DNA from: Chrysemys picta bellii
Taxonomy: Eukaryota
Assembly (NCBI RefSeq): GCF_011386835.1
Contig: NC_088795.1
Coordinates: 133,858,001-133,922,000 of the forward strand
Direction: 5' to 3'
Length of the DNA stretch: 64,000 nt
In this document: positions 26,931 through 39,652 of the stretch, in pieces
How the letters are laid out: every line of letters begins with the position of its first letter
How positions within the stretch are numbered: the first letter of the stretch is position 1
The notes under the pieces: generated by a model
Told to the model about the DNA's origin: nothing
Database searches by the model: none
What the model saw: only the letters and a program-made list of their open reading frames with translations
Made by a program: the position numbers and the translations under genes

Positions 26931-29132
26931 TAGGGTTTTTAGAAAAACATTTTAGCAATAAATAATATTTGTTTTTGTGCTAAAAGGCATAAGTACTGAA
27001 TGGCAAGTACTGTACCAATTGGTAATGTTGGAGGCCAGCATCACAAAAGGTCTGCTGCTACTTTCTGGCAGCAATCCACTACTTCATTTTTTCCTGACAG
27101 AATCTCTACTGCTGCCTTCCAGTTTTCAATGACAGAAGGTCCTAGGTTGTTTACCCAAGTTTTCATTTTAACCCATTTTTCACCTCCTGTCCTCATTCCA
27201 TACTACCTGGCTGTTATTCCGACACCGTGCAAAACCTGAAGGATTGCATGGACTTTGCTTACTTTTGCCCAGGGAGTGAACATTTTGAAATTGCTTTGAA
27301 GCCAAGTCTCCTACATGGCAGCACAGAGGTCAGCTTCTGAACAAGTGAGTCAGTAATTAGAACTGATTAGATTATCTAGGCAGATTTTGATTAGAAAAGA
27401 GATGTTTTTATAATCAAATTATTTAACTGAGCAGTCCTTGGAAATAGATTAAACCACGTGTTATGTGTAAATGCACAGAATAATTTATTCAGTCACATAA
27501 TGTATTAGGAAATAAAAAACTAACTCCAACTGGAAAAAATGGTTTTAGAAGAACAATCTACTTGTTTTCCAGGTTAACATTTTTATCTCAAATTAGTGTT
27601 ATTATAGGGGTGCACAAGTTGATTTGTAGTGTAGCGTAAACAAATTACCAGATGGCAAATTTTGCAAGTGTACATAAACCTTAATCTTAAGTGTATTGTA
27701 TGAGATAATGATAAATGATTTTGGATCACCATTGGGTTATTTTCTGACTTTTTTTTTCTTTATAGTTCAAGGTGGCAGATGCAAAAGAAGAGTCAATCTG
27801 TGCTCCTGCCTAGAGGCACTTTACCCACACCACCTGCTGCTCTATAAACATTTGGCTAGAATCATGCAAGCAGGTTTCATATTTGAACTGTTTGCAAAGA
27901 TGTTATGTTACCATTTCTCTGCTGTAACCATCTGAACCTTAAAAGAAAATGAGTCATGAAAGAAGTAAATATAGAGAGAGCTACAACTGGGGATGGGAGA
28001 GAATTAACCCAATTATCAAGATGCATAACATTTCAGTCATTATTTTAAATAGATCATTCAAATGCCAAATCATGATAAATTCTAATGGAATATTTTAATT
28101 TTCAGAACATTTTGATGAAACATAAGTTTGTGCAATCTACTGCCTGGGACAGCACAAATCAACACGTCATTACTAGGTCAAATGACATATCTAATTAGGA
28201 GAACCAACATAGATTTTAAAATCCCGATAATATATTAGAATAAACATAAAGTGCACTCCCTAGTTATCAACAGCCTCTTCTAACAGTGTGAAGTTATAGC
28301 AAAGCTAACAAATTGTGTTCTGATTACAGTACACTCATTCACATAAACAAAGTGAAATCCTGGCCCCAGTGAAATCAATAGGAGGTTTGCCAGTGAATTC
28401 AGCGCTGTCCATATTTCACCCCAGATGTCTAACTTCATTGTTTTTTTTTTTTTTTTTTAAGTGTTTGGTAATATACATATGGACAAGTGAGAAGATACTT
28501 TTCCTTCCCTGCGGGGCCTACAATCTAAATAAGCGAATGGCAGAGAAATAACAAACAGAAATATGTGGGAACCTCACTAAGATTCATTGTTTAATAAAGA
28601 GGAAACACACAGTTGAACAATTTCAACCAAATGTCACATTGTTCCAGCTCCACCAATTGCTGGTGTAGTGGAAATTAACGTATCATTCTCTAGAATGTGC
28701 CATTATGTTTCATACATACCTTCTATCCTATATGTCAAAATAAGTGTTCCAGTTTTACTAGCAACTAAATCATAACTGATCTCTTTGAGAGAAACGATCC
28801 ACACTGATAGGGCTGTTCTTGTCACTCGTATGTTAATTCCTTAGGTATGCAATTCACTGTTGCACTTCAAAAATGACCTGGTTTCATTAAAATTCATTAT
28901 ACATCGTTAAGAATTAACAAAAGAGTAAAGTTACCTTCACTATCATACTTATCATTAATAGACCTGTACCACTAGAGAAAATGCAGTGAATAAACTGGGA
29001 TAGTTAAAATGTAAGGAAATAATAAGGAAAAATTTTTACAGACAATGGTCAGTTGATTACTTTTTCTTCAGAACATTTTCAACATTTTTAAAGGGGATTT
29101 TTAATTCGAAACATACACACTAACACTTAACA

Positions 29133-30171
29133 CAGGGGTCTCAAACTCAGTTTACCTTAGAGCCAGTGCCAGTCTTCAAATCCTCCCAGCCCTCAAATCC
29201 AATGCCACTCATGCCGCTTAGAACCCGCTCCCTAAAAACTCCGCCCCAACCACCTGCCTAAGGCTCTGGGACAGAGTTTGGGTGGGGGAGGAGATCTGGG
29301 GTAGGGGATTGGGGTGCAGGCTCTGGGAGGGAGTTTGGGTGCAGAAGGGGTGAGAGGTTGCCAGGGGCGGCTCTATGTTTTTTGCTGCCCCAAGCATGGC
29401 AGGCAGGTGGCTTTTGGCGGCATGCCTGTGGGCGGTCCGCTGGTCACGCGGATTCGGCGGCATGCCTGCGGGAGGTCTGCCGCGCCATCGGCATCCCCGC
29501 CGCCGAATTGCCGCCTGCCGAAGCCACAGGACTGGCAGACCTCCCACAGGCATGCCGCCGAAAGCCGCCTGCCTGCCACCCTCACAGCGACCAGCAGGCC
29601 GCCCCCCGCGGCTTGCCACCCCAGGTACGTGCTTGCTGCGCTGGTGCCTGGAGCCACCCTTGGAGGTTGGGCTCTGGGAGGGAGGTTGGGTGGGGGAGGG
29701 AGTCTGGGATTCAGGCTCTGGGAGGGAGTTTGGGGGCAGGAGGGGTGTGGGGAGGGGTGCAGGCTCTGGGAGGGAGTTTGGGGGCGGGAGAGGGTAAGTG
29801 AGGAGGGGGTGGGGGTGCAGGCTCTGGGAGAGGGTCAGGAGTGCGGCTCTTACCTGGGGCTCCAAGGTGCGGCAGGGTGCCTCCATGCACTTCTGCCCCC
29901 AGGCACCGTCCCTGCAGCATCCCATTGGCCACAGGGGCACTCAGGGCAGGGGCAGCGTGTGGCACAGCAGGGGGGGGGGGCAGCAGCCACTGGAGTGAGC
30001 AGGAAGATGCCGCTCAGCTCCGCTGTGCTGGCCCCTAAGGGGGGAGCGCCCGGGGGCGGCAGGTGGGGCCAAGGGAGAGACCTGGCCCCAAAACTGCTGG
30101 AGCCCCAGAGGCCACACTGGGGAAGCTCTTGGGCTGCAGATTGCCCACGGGCTGGGAGTTTGAGACCCCTG
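29133..30171. mobile_element. hAT (Charlie-like) non-autonomous element with GC-rich internal repeats, hosting a nested hAT MITE
   Basis: TIRs caggggtctcaaactc / gagtttgagacccctg and 8-bp TSD acttaaca / acgtaacc (6/8). The interior repeats caggctctgggagggagtttggg. Confidence 0.85.
29362..29662. mobile_element. Nested hAT MITE, CAGGGGCGGCTC family
   Basis: TIRs caggggcggctc / gagccacccttg and 8-bp TSD gaggttgc / gaggttgg (7/8). CpG-rich; sister copy at 43366. Confidence 0.88.
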
Positions 30172-30348
30172 ACGTAACCCATGCAGTAGTCTCTACTGCC
30201 GACCAGAGGATTTTCCACTGAAAACACTTTCCCTGCTTGTAACACCTTTTGCCCACACACAGTACTTGCACTTGATTAAAGCAAGACTCAGTATATTGTA
30301 TCCTCTACTGGGTCATTGTGCACTCTTGTTCCTCTTGTTGCTCTAGTG

Positions 30349-31011
30349 CAGAGGTTCTCAAACTGTGGTCTGCGGACCACCAGTAGTCCGCGAGCTCCAT
30401 GCAGGTGGTCCACGGATAGTTTCCTCTAAGGTGCATGCCTGGGCAGCCGCACACGAGAGAATGAAGGGCCACCCACCTAATTAGTGGAGACACACAGGCA
30501 TGGCTCCACTAATTAGGTGTCTGGGCCCTGGAGAAGATGCACATGTAAGGTGAAGAGTTGGCCTTGAGGGGACTAGGGGATAGGTGGGAGGGGGCAGTGG
30601 GGTGAGAAGAGGGGGTGGGGGGAATTTGAGATGTGCAGGGCTGCGGTGGCCAGAGAGAAAGAGGCAACTTTCCCGAGGTCCAGGGCTGCGGCTGCCGGGG
30701 AGAGACCCCCCCCTCCTTCCCATCCCCTGCTCGGGGGCTGCCATGGCGGGGGAGAGAGAGGGCAAATCCATTGCATTAGAAAAGTAAGACTAGTGATATT
30801 AAAATATGAGTTGTGTGCTTTTATATGTAGAATAAAAAAACAATTGTTATTAAGGTTTTTTATATAGCATTTTCATCCAAAACCCTTTATAATAGTTAGA
30901 TAACGGTACAAAAGACATTTGGAAAAATCATTAGGTGGTCCGCCGAGACCCTCAGCAATTTTCAAGTGGTCCGTGAAGCGGGAAAAAAAAAAAAGGATTC
31001 GAGAACCACTG
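30349..31011. mobile_element. hAT (Charlie-like) MITE, 663 bp
   Basis: TIRs cagaggttctcaaa / ttcgagaaccactg and TSD ctctagtg / ctctagtc (7/8). Collinear sister copy at 54093-54741. Confidence 0.9.
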
Positions 31012-31129
31012 CTCTAGTCTTTCAGTTGCACCAGTGCAAATGGTCCTCCCAGTAGTGTCCCAAATAACCTTTTTCAATTCCGGAGTTCATCTGGGCCTAC
31101 TCACCTAACTTAATTCCTATTTGGGGAAG

Positions 31130-31270
31130 GGATTATAAGTGATCTCTCTCCTGCCATCCATCTCCACCCTCCGACTGTCTCTTAGTTTTTTGTATGTACA
31201 GCACTTAGCACAATGGGGTCCTTCTCCCTGACTGAAGCTCCTTGGCACCACAATAAAACAAAAGAAACAA
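31130..31270 (+). mobile_element. L2-type 3' tail fragment
   Basis: tgtatgtacagcacttagcacaatggggtccttctccctgactgaagctccttggcaccacaataaaac resembles the L2 3' end. Confidence 0.45.
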
Positions 31271-31674
31271 ATATATAAAAATAAATATTATATAGATAAT
31301 TCTCACCTACTAATGGATATGAGGTATAGCCCTATCAACTTGCTTAGTTCTATGACCAGGAGAAGTCTGAGTCATCTGAAAGATCCTGTAGGCATAGAGG
31401 GAATGGCCTTCAGTAGGTTCATTTTTTTCCTTCTGGAAATACTGTGGAATATCAGTGGACAATGCTTCATATTCCCTGAGGACTCTCATAGGCGGGGTCC
31501 TATCTGGCTCTGTTTTATTTCTCCTCCTATTTAACGTGCATGTAAAGCCTCTAGGCATTCTGAGTTTCAGTGTTACTGATATTTCCAAAGGGCATTGCTT
31601 TTCCAGAAGATTCCTGAAGCACATCATTAATTAATAATAATACTTATTGTTATTACAGCATAATCTGTAATAGG

Positions 31675-31900
31675 AAAGATGTTCAGTGGTTGGGATGCTA
31701 GCCTCAGACTCAGGAGATAAAGGTTCAATGTCCCATTCTGCCACCAATGCCCTGCATGTCTTTGGGCATGTTACTTAGTCTCTCTGTGCATCAGTTCCCC
31801 ATCTGTAAAATGCACAGGCCTCTGCCCTAAAGGGGTGTTGTGAGGATTAGTACATTAAAGATCATGAGGCACTCAAATAACATTGTAATGGAGGCCAAAT
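31675..31900 (+). mobile_element. MIR/CORE-type SINE
   Basis: tRNA-like head (cagtggttgggatgctagcctcagactcaggagataaaggttcaatgtcc) followed by CORE tctctgtgcatcagttccccatctgtaaaatg. Confidence 0.7.
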
Positions 31901-32124
31901 GAGAAATACTCCAGTAAGAATCAAGGTGACACCATACAAAGCAAAAGTTGTCCCTGTTTGCAGAATTTATAATCTAGGTAGAGGAACAGGTAAAATGCTA
32001 GTGATCAAGCACCACATATAAAAAGTAAAAAATGCCAATGTTATTTCCTTTTTCCCTCTCAAAACTAAATTGTGCCAACACATCCCCCACATTACCATTA
32101 TCCAGGTGCCACAGACAGCCTGCT

Positions 32125-32247
32125 TAGGGTGACCAGACAGCAAGGGTGAAAAATCAAGCCTGGGTTGGGGGGAAATAAGTACCTATATAAGACAAAGCCC
32201 CGAACATCAGGACTGTCCCTATATAATTGGGACATCTGGTCACCCTG
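32125..32247. mobile_element. hAT (Blackjack-like) MITE, 123 bp
   Basis: TIRs tagggtgaccaga / tctggtcaccctg and a perfect 8-bp TSD agcctgct. Sister copy at 57568. Confidence 0.9.
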
Positions 32248-32504
32248 AGCCTGCTTCACCACTGATAATCCAGTACGCCCACCCCTCAGTGATACAAGCA
32301 AACAACAACCAAAACCAGTAAAATAGTCTTTGTGTACCTGAATCTATGTAAAGACATGCCTCTTCTGCCCAAGGAACTCCAGCTGCTCTCTGCTCTATAG
32401 GCAGAGGTGTAACGAGAGGTTTCTTCCTCCTCCAGGACTCGCTACACATGGGAGCAAGAGCTGGCCATAGCACCTCCCACAAGTGGGGAAATATGCACAG
32501 ACCC

Positions 32505-32790
32505 TATCAGGCATCAGGGCCTGCAGTTGAGCCTGGGACCAGATAGCTGCCCTCCAGCTGAACACCATGATAGACCAAAATACCTAGTTGGCTGAGAGGC
32601 ATCACCAGACCTGTTCTTAAACCCATCAGCAGTACTAGGCCAGTGGCTGCTCAACACTTACACCTGAAGCTGCAATCACTCATGTACCTGCCTTGCTCCT
32701 GCACAGCTCCAACTTTGGCTTTGCCTCCTGGTTCCTGATCGCCACAGCTCCAAACATTAGGCATGACTGCCCACTGCCTCATCCATGACA
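32505..32790 (+). mobile_element. LTR-like fragment related to the LTR at 53997-55172
   Basis: Shares the 3' terminus taggcatgactgccca...tgaca with 55140-55172. The 5' boundary is approximate. Confidence 0.45.
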
Positions 32791-33029
32791 GTTTCAGCAG
32801 CCCAAACCAAAAGGAAGAAGGGACAGGTTCTGCTACCAGAATGGATTTCACTAAGGCCAGCATCTCCATGGTCAGAAATAGTAGATGTTTTGCCAAACCT
32901 GCAGATGCAGATTGCAGGCACAGAGTGAGACACTGAAGGAACAGGCTGTGCCATGCACAATTCCGACGCCACCCCCTTGAGAACCAAAAATTTCACATCA
33001 GGAACTTTAGGATCCATTATCCAGAGGGT

Positions 33030-34425
33030 GTGGCTACTCAGGGATAACAAGGGTTTAAAAAGCTAGTTCATAAGTGATCAGAGGAGCTAGTGAACAGGAA
33101 CAACTAACAGGGAAGCTTTGTGAGGGTGTTTAGAGAGGAAGTGTGAGAGCAGCTCTCCTGATTAACATTCTCTGAATTTAGGCCAATAAACAACCTCCCA
33201 CCCCCCCCCACTATGCCTTCCCCCTGAACAAGTTCCATGAGGAAAAAATAATGCAGGAAGAAGTCCAGCAGCAGAGTGGGGGCTATCCAATTTATTGCAC
33301 TGAATGTACCATGTATGATTATCTGCCTTTTGGGCAGGGGGCGTATGTGTGCATTCAGTGCAAGTAGCTCATGGCCCTCAGAGATCAAGTATGGGCTCTG
33401 GAGACAAGAGTGGCGCAACTGGAGGAGCTAAAAGAGATAGAGAAATGCATAGAGGAGACTTTCTGGGACACAGTAGAGCAGACCCAACCCCAGTCTGACA
33501 GCCTCTGTGCTGTTGAGGACGACAAAAATCTCAGGGAAGGAGAACATCAAGCTGGAGCCAGAGGGAAGCGATCCTATAGTTGAGACCCTTTTTCCAGATG
33601 ATGTCATGTTATCCTCTCGCACTGAGGGTACCCCTCTGGGGGGAGGGAACCCCTTTTATTAGGAAGACACAGGTAATAGTAATTTAAGAGTCTATCATTA
33701 GACATAGATAGCTGGGTTTGTGATGACCAGAAGAATCGCACAGAGAATTGCCTGCCAAGGGTGAAAATTGTGGCTCTCTCGCGACATCTATACAAATTTA
33801 TGTGCAGTCCTGGGGAGGAACTGGCAGTCGTGGTACACTGATGGCATATGGAAAGGTAGGAGAGAGGTTCTAGAGGCCAAATTTAGGCTGCTAGGTAAGA
33901 GATTGAAGTCCGGGACCTCCATGGTAGCATTCTCTGAAATTCCTCCAGTTCCATGCACTGGGACAGTTAGACAGGCAGAACTAGAGTCTCAATGCATGGA
34001 CAAGATGATGGTGTAAGGCAGAGGATTTTAGGTTTATTAGGAAATGGGAGAACCTTTTGGGAAAGGAGAAGCCTATACAGGATGGGTTCCACCTAAACTA
34101 AAATGTAACCAGATTGCCAGCATGTAAAATTAAAAAGGTGGTAGAGGAGTTTTTAAACTAAGGGTTGGGGGACAGCCACCAGGTTGAGAGGAGCACACAA
34201 ATCGGACAGACGTATCCCACAGTGGAGACTCTGTTAATGGGAATTCTCTATATCCTAGGAAAGAAGATGCTAGAACTTGATAAAATACAAGTAGGAACTA
34301 AAGAGAAACTGTCAAATGAGAAACAGTCCAGTTCAATTACATCACACAAATACTGAACTTTTTATAAAAGTGCTTGTATAAAAATGCAATAAATCTAAAT
34401 ACTAAGATGGGTGAACTTGAGTAAT
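33030..34425 (+). mobile_element. CR1 LINE 5' portion (5' UTR, ORF1 with zinc finger, coiled coil and SGNH esterase, start of ORF2)
   Basis: ORF1 from ATG 33251 reads MQEEVQQQSGGYPIYCTECTMYDYL...YVCIQCK*LMALRDQVWALETRVAQLEEL. Esterase remnant KGRREVLEAKFRLLGKRLKS, ORF1 stop near 34160, then an APE-like start (KCLYKNA) near 34370. Confidence 0.85.
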
Positions 34426-37400
34426 TATTTCAAATGAACATTAAGTATATAAAAGAACATCAAAGTCATGGTCAAAAATTGCCTAAATATACTGTTATCA
34501 AGATGGGTGTTTTGTTTGTTGTTGTTTTGCAAATCTTGGTAAAATGTTTTACTAAAACCATTTATGGTCCAAGTCCTACAGTCCTTACTTAGCCCAAATT
34601 CACACTGAAGTCAAGTTTTCTTTCATATATAGGTAGATGATTTGTGTTGTATTATACATTTGTGATAGTTCATGCTCAATAATTCTACAATTAGTTTGAA
34701 TTCATTCTACAACTCAAAATTTCATACATCTGGTTTACAGTCAACAAGCTAAGGACCCAGAGAACCAGCAGGAGTTCAAAGGAAGGAGAGGAAGGATAAC
34801 GGCACCTAACTTTCAACAGCGCAAATAAAGAGGACAGTCTCTTATGGAGATTGCCAATGTTAAGAGAAAACTATTCTGTTCAAATTGTCATGTCAGTCCA
34901 CGCTCCCTGAGGGATTGTTACAACCATATGTTTTGGTTACTTATTTTGTTTTGAAAACGTTGCCTAAGTAAGCATCCTGAAGAAAGGAGGGCCTTTAGCT
35001 CTTTGATGGCTTTCAAACAGCAGGTCCCAAAAAAGAGGTTATTCTTCTGTTCCAGACAGTGTTTCCTGCTCTTTTCAGGAGAAACTTTAGATCTGGGCAC
35101 AGGCTCAACATACGTTAACAGGAAGCATGATGTTCTTATACTAGTGATTTGATGCTATATAACTACTAACCTTAGAAAAATCTCTTAGAAATAAAACTGA
35201 TTATCTCACAAAAGATTTCACACAAAAATACCCTTCAAAAATGTGAAAAGGACACACTAAACTTTTCATCACTTGCTGATAGCCAATTAGTGAACGACTA
35301 ATGTAAAGTGTTCCAATTCATTTACATTTATAATTAATCAACAAACTTTAAAGTCATAAATCAAAGTCTGACGCTATAATTCAGGTTATGAATAATTGTT
35401 TCTGGTTTCCTTACTGTTGAAGATATATTAGTGAAAAAGAATTATCTTTACTGATATACTAAATGTACATTTTTTTTCCAATAGATGAAAGAAAATTAAA
35501 TTTTAAAAATTAAGTACCTTGACATGGAAACTTATTTACTGATTATGAAAGTCCTGAGAAATGCCATTTTAACAAGGTAGAATATACAAAATGTACTTAT
35601 CTTATGAAAAATAACTAAATGCTCTCCATTTGTTTAATGTTTATAGCACAGCTGCATGTTATATTCAGAGAAGGAATGCTGCTAAAAATAAAAACTAATG
35701 GTAACGAGGTCTGTAAAACAATTTTTTTGCTAAAAGAAAAACAGCCTGTTGTGTTCCATAGTAAACAGTGACTCATAACTGCTTAAATTATGAATGATTT
35801 CTCATTTCTGAAAGTTTTTTTGTTTTGTTTTTGTTTTTAAGAATCCTTTATATAAAAAAAGGGGGGGGGGTGGGGCAAATAATTTACAGCTTGAATAAAA
35901 TCTGTGAGGGTAGCCAGAGACACACATACACTGCACAAATGTATTTTATTAAGCCCAAAGTACATAAAAATGAAAACTAAGTGAAATTTCATCAATTTAT
36001 CACTAATGAAAAAAGAAATTTGTTCCAATAATACTAAACAGATTTGTTTCTCCTTGAACAGAAAAACAAATTCTATAAAAAAGAAACAAATTGTAACAAA
36101 CTTTTAATACATAATACATCTTTTAAAAATATTTATCAAAAGCACAAGTAGCAGGTTTTTTAAATACTCTCCTCAGAAATAATTCCTCCACGTAATATTA
36201 CTCTTGACTCATGATTGTGCTTCCTACATTTAAAACCTAATCTTGCAAAACCTTACTACGGGGTGTGCTACTTACACCATTCACCAGCCTGTGGCAAGTA
36301 AGATTTCCTGGGGAAACATCATTAACTTCTGCAGAAGCAAAGGTTTAATTAAAAATAAAAGTTCTAGCTCTTATGTTTTTCAAGAGTTTGGAAAAACTTC
36401 CAAATCTCAAACTAGTGTAAACCAATGCAGTGTTGTCTTCCTAAGTCCACAAATAGCTACACAGCATCTCACGTTGCTCATCACTTTAGCCATATTCAAA
36501 AAAAGTGCAACCTGAGCACCCTTTTGTCAGAATTCTAAGCAGCAACTGTGAAACTGACAAGAAGCATGACAGTTTCAGGCTACTGCTGCCTGGGAAAGCT
36601 GTGACCAGCAACAGAAGAAAACAGTGTAACCATTCACTAGAAAGGATAATTCAGAAAAAGAGGCAGAGGGACAAGCAGAACAGCAGGACCCCTCACAACC
36701 ACCAGAAAGCTGAGGAAGTGTTAAAATAGCAGAAAAATGCACACACAGAGCAACAAGGCAACTCTGGGTTGGGATAAGAAAACACATAGATGGAATGCTT
36801 CCCCTCCCTTGCAACAGCAAGACATAGTTGGCGGAATCAACTTCAAATGTATTAGACACCATCTTTCTTGTCAGTCTCTGAATAGTTGGAGCTCATGAGT
36901 AGAGACTAGGAAAACAACCTGATAGGAATGCCAACACCTACACTTTCTCAGAAGCAGGTGAGGAAGAAGGGTTGGCTTCCTTCCTGGACTGGCACTGCCC
37001 TAGAGAGGAGTCTCCAATCTTTCTTGTTTGGTTCTCTGGCTATTGGCTATCTGGTCCAATTTCCAAGCCCTACATATGAGGTGAGGTGGGTGAAAGAGTG
37101 GTGGAGTGCATATAAGAAAGACAGCAAGGAAGTGATGGGCTAAGTTACAAAAACAAAATCTGATATGGAGAGTATTTTGGAGGTAAAGAACAATGGGGAG
37201 AAGGGAAGAGAACGTAATGGAAAGGGAGAGGCGGTGGTAGTAGGAGAGAGAAGGATAAGAAGAGCAAAACGAGGAAGAGAGAGAAAATTTTAAGAAAAGC
37301 TAGAGAGAGGTAGTAAGTTAGATTTAAAATATATATTTAATAGGAAATTGGATGACGACAAATTACAGTTTAAGCTGTACAATTAACAGTGCTCAACTGT

Positions 37401-37574
37401 TCAACTCTTACATTGCAGGTGCTTGGCTTCAGAGGCATGGCAGCACTGACATTATTCACCTGGGTTAGCAGGCATTGGGTAAACTTTAAAAAGCTGGGGT
37501 GAAATCCTATCTCTATTGAAATCAGTGAGCGTTTTGGCCTTCAATGGGGCCACAAATTTGCCCTTGATACTTAT

Positions 37575-39202
37575 TACCATGACTGATGACAATTGAACTA
37601 ATCGCAGAACTATTGAGGAAAACAGAAAGGTGCATTAACTCTGGCAAGTGAAGTGTAATAATGAAGTCAGGAAGGCCAACATTTATTTTTTTTGAAGAAC
37701 AGCTACTCACAAAGTAACACCTTTTTTTTTTTTTTTTTTTTAAGTACATCACAAGCAGGAAACCTGCTGAACAACCAGTGGGGCCACTGGACAATCAAGA
37801 TGCTAAAGGAGCACTAAAGGGAGATAAGGCCATGGCAGAGAAACAACATGAATTCTTTGCGTTGGTCTTCAAGGCTGAGGATGTGAGGGAGATTCTCCAA
37901 CCTGAGCCATTCGTTTTAGGTGACAAATCTGAGGAACTGTCCCAGATTGAGGTGTCATTAGAGGAGATTTTGGAACAAATTGATAAGTTAAACTATAATA
38001 AGTCACCAGGACCAGATGGTATTCACCCAAGAGTTCTGAAGTAACTCAAATGTGAAATTGCAGAACTAACTGTGGTATGTAAATTATAATTTAAAACCGC
38101 TTCTGTATCAGATGAACAGAGGATGGCTACTGTGACACTAATTTTTTAAAAATGGCTCCAGACACGATCCCAGCAATGACAGGCCGGTAAGTCTAACTCA
38201 GGGGTAGGCAACCTGCGTCACGCGAGCTGATTATCAGTGGCACTCACACTGCCCAAGTCCTGGCCACCGGTCCAGGGGGGCTCTGCATTTTAATTTAATT
38301 TTAAATGAAGCTTCTTAAACATTTTAAAAACCTTATTTACTTTACATATAATAGTTTAGTTATATATTATAGACTTATAGAAAGAGACCTTCTAAAAACA
38401 TTAAAATGTATTACTGGCTCACGAAACCTTAAATTAGAGTGAATAAATGAAGACTCAGCACACCACTTCTGAAAGGTTGACGACCCCTGGTCTAACTTCA
38501 GTACCAGGCAAATTGGTTGAAAGTATAGTAAACAACAGAATTATCAGATACCAGATGAACCCGATTTTTTGAAGAAAAGTCAACATGTTTTTTTGTAAAG
38601 GGAAATCATGTCTCACCAATCTACTAGAATTCTTTGAGGGGGTCAACAAGCATGTGGCAAGGGTGAGCTAGTGGATATAGGGTACTTAAGATTTTCAGAA
38701 AGCTTTGACAAGGTCCCTCAGCAAAGGCTCTTAAGCAAAGTAAGGTGCCATGGGAAAAGAGGGAAGGTTCTCTCATGGATTGGTAACTGGTTAAAAGATA
38801 GGAAACAAAGGGTAGGAATAAAAGGTCAGTTTTCAAAATGGAGAGAGGTAAATAGTGGTGTCCCCCAGGGTTCTGAATTGGTACAAGCACTATTCAATAT
38901 AGTAATACATGACCTGGAAAAAGGAGTAAATAGTGAGCTGGCAAAATTTGAAGAGGATACAAAACTTCTCAAGATAGTTAAGTCCAAAGCAGACTGTGAA
39001 AAGTCACAACAAAACTGGGTGTTAGCTAGGATGGGGAGGGATGGTGTCCCTAGCCTCTGTTTGCCAGGAGGTGGGACTGGGTGATGGGATGGATCACTTG
39101 ATGATTACCTGTTCTGTTCATTCCCTCTGAAGCACCTAGCATTGGCCACTGTTTGAAGATAGGATAGTGGTCTGACCCAGCATGGCTGTTCTTATGTTCT
39201 TA
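37575..39202 (+). mobile_element. CR1 LINE ORF2/3' fragment with internal deletion, interrupted by a hAT MITE
   Basis: KSPGPDGIHPRVLK, FDKVPQQRLLSK, VNSGVPQGSEL and FEEDTKLL (a decayed FADD motif). It then jumps to a 3' UTR ending gttcttatgttctta. Confidence 0.92.
38199..38489. mobile_element. hAT (Charlie-like) MITE, 291 bp
   Basis: TIRs caggggtaggcaacc / ggttgacgacccctg and a perfect TSD gtctaact (38191-38198, 38490-38497). Confidence 0.9.
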
Positions 39203-39652
39203 ACTACCCCTATTAAAAGGTTTGCAAGAACTGGCCTGTACAGATGAAAACTGCTCTGATGGCCTATGTACACACATCTGAAAAGTAAAAGAAGCATCAG
39301 CATTGGAGAAAGGCTTAGATAACTTCTTTTGAGAAAAAAAAAAAAAAAAAGGAGTTTTAAATTTAGTGTTTATACACTTCACCAGACAGCTTCATGGATT
39401 ATAGATCCTCGCAACCCCCCACCAAAGTGTTAATAAATCATCATTTTACACACAATACAAAAGTCAATGCAATGATATTTTCATTAAGGAGAAGTCTGAG
39501 TATTGTTGGTTTGTTTGTTTGTTTTGCCCAATCTTTTTAAAGACAACAAAAATTGCCTCTCCCCATGGCAGAATCTAAAGAGAATCTATCAACACTTTTA
39601 GAAGTAAATCTATCTTAATTTCAATTTGTTCAAATACAGTGGGGATTGGTTC

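Noticed and set aside
29218-30260. Longest ORFs in the track (240, 287, 147 and 140 aa) as genes
   Set aside because: They overlap in many frames on both strands, have low-complexity G/P/A/R content, and lie entirely within GC-rich nested hAT MITEs with TIRs and TSDs.
36480-37150. Degraded LINE ORF1/endonuclease
   Set aside because: Only vague composition cues, and no motif I could read with confidence.
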